Shown piece by piece: positions 63,271 to 64,000 of a stretch of DNA of 64,000 nt. Every line of letters begins with the position of its first letter. Position 1 is the stretch's first letter. Below the pieces are notes generated by a model. The model saw nothing but the letters and a program-made list of their open reading frames with translations, had not been told where the DNA came from and searched no databases. Source of the stretch: Mytilus trossulus (Eukaryota); contig NC_086376.1 in assembly GCF_036588685.1 (NCBI RefSeq), positions 83,265,014 to 83,329,013 on the forward strand. Direction: 5' to 3'. The position numbers and the translations under genes were made by a program.

Positions 63271-64000
63271 TTAGTTCCGACGCAAAGACCTTATCAGTGA
63301 CTCAATATTAACGCCAAAATATGCAATCTTTAATGACTTGACAACAGTATCGTAATTATATCCCTTCTTAATAAGTCTATTCAAAGGTTTTGTAAGTTTA
63401 TGAGGTGAATACTGACACCTTTGTGCTTTATAAAGAACATTTCCATAAAAAATTGGATGTGAAATACCGGAACGTATAAGAAGTCTGCATGTTGAGCTAT
63501 ATTTACGAATGATGTCTTTATACCGATGATAAAATTTAGTAAATGTTTTGACTAGTTTGTGATATCGAAAACCCTGGTGTAATAATTTTTCAGTAATACA
63601 TACATTTCTGTCGTTAAAATCTAAAACATTGTTACATACACGAGCGAATCGTACAAGTTGAGATATATAAACACCGTAAGATGGTGACAAGGGAACGTCA
63701 CCATCTAAAAACGGATAATTAACGATAGGAAATGAAAAATCATCCCTTTTAACATAAATTTTAGTATTCAGCCTTCCGTTAGTGATATAAATATCAAGAT
63801 CGAGGAAAGGGCAGTGGTCATTGTTAGTATTAGCTTTATTTAAAGTAAGTTCACCAGGATAAATTTCACTAATATACATACTGAAGTCGTCATTATTGAG
63901 AGCCAAAATATCATCCAAATATCTAAAAGTATTATTAAATTTGTTTATCAGATGTTGTTTTGATGGGTCTTTGCTTATTTTTGTCATAAATTGTAACTCA
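63271..64000 (-). CDS. Retroelement reverse-transcriptase-like ORF (C-terminal part: motif-C FRYLDDILAL plus thumb-like FLDLDIYITNGRLNTKIYVKRDDFSFPIVNYPF..SQLVRFARVC), truncated by the window end
   Basis: ORF 63271..63987 has no stop upstream before the window edge. It has a YLDD-type RT motif C followed by a conserved thumb signature. I recall this signature from an abundant invertebrate retroelement RT family, possibly Penelope-like; the family assignment is from memory and unverified. No GIY-YIG motif is seen in the tail. Confidence 0.55.
   Translation of the reverse strand, partial: ELQFMTKISKDPSKQHLINKFNNTFRYLDDILALNNDDFSMYISEIYPGELTLNKANTNNDHCPFLDLDIYITNGRLNTKIYVKRDDFSFPIVNYPFLDGDVPLSPSYGVYISQLVRFARVCNNVLDFNDRNVCITEKLLHQGFRYHKLVKTFTKFYHRYKDIIRKYSSTCRLLIRSGISHPIFYGNVLYKAQRCQYSPHKLTKPLNRLIKKGYNYDTVVKSLKIAYFGVNIESLIRSLRRN

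Overview
This window is eukaryotic nuclear DNA, not prokaryotic. It is AT-rich (roughly two thirds A+T by eye) and densely packed with interspersed SINE/MITE-like repeats, foldback elements, tandem arrays and decayed retroelement ORFs. The few protein-coding pieces are short exons with canonical GT-AG boundaries separated by introns of several kb. The repeat landscape and the retroelement RT family suggest an invertebrate metazoan, possibly a bivalve mollusc, but I cannot verify taxon without a search. One gene could be reconstructed by hand. It is a flavin-dependent polyamine oxidase of the SMOX/PAOX family on the minus strand, built from 5 coding exons at 58511..25480 (about 475 aa). Exon phases are consistent, every splice site is GT-AG, and the start and stop codons are identifiable. 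Its 21-kb third intron holds a perfect 61-bp x about 28 tandem satellite. Other content: a truncated retroelement reverse-transcriptase ORF at the 3' window edge (63271-64000, minus) and a decayed copy of the same family on the plus strand (about 17.2-17.45 kb); a degenerate LINE RT fragment (14.9-15.4 kb); an intronless coiled-coil ORF with a frameshift (3.58-4.25 kb); piggyBac-like MITEs with TTAA target duplications; and several foldback/MITE elements. The most unusual non-genic structure is a pair of dense palindromic GTTCATGAAC arrays, matching the nGAAnnTTCn heat-shock-element architecture, that flank a unique segment with a perfect 14-bp CRE palindrome and a 30-nt poly-G run (32.3-34.1 kb). 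I found no CRISPR array, no operon-like gene packing and no prokaryotic defence system. All protein similarities are from memory of family hallmarks, not from a database search.
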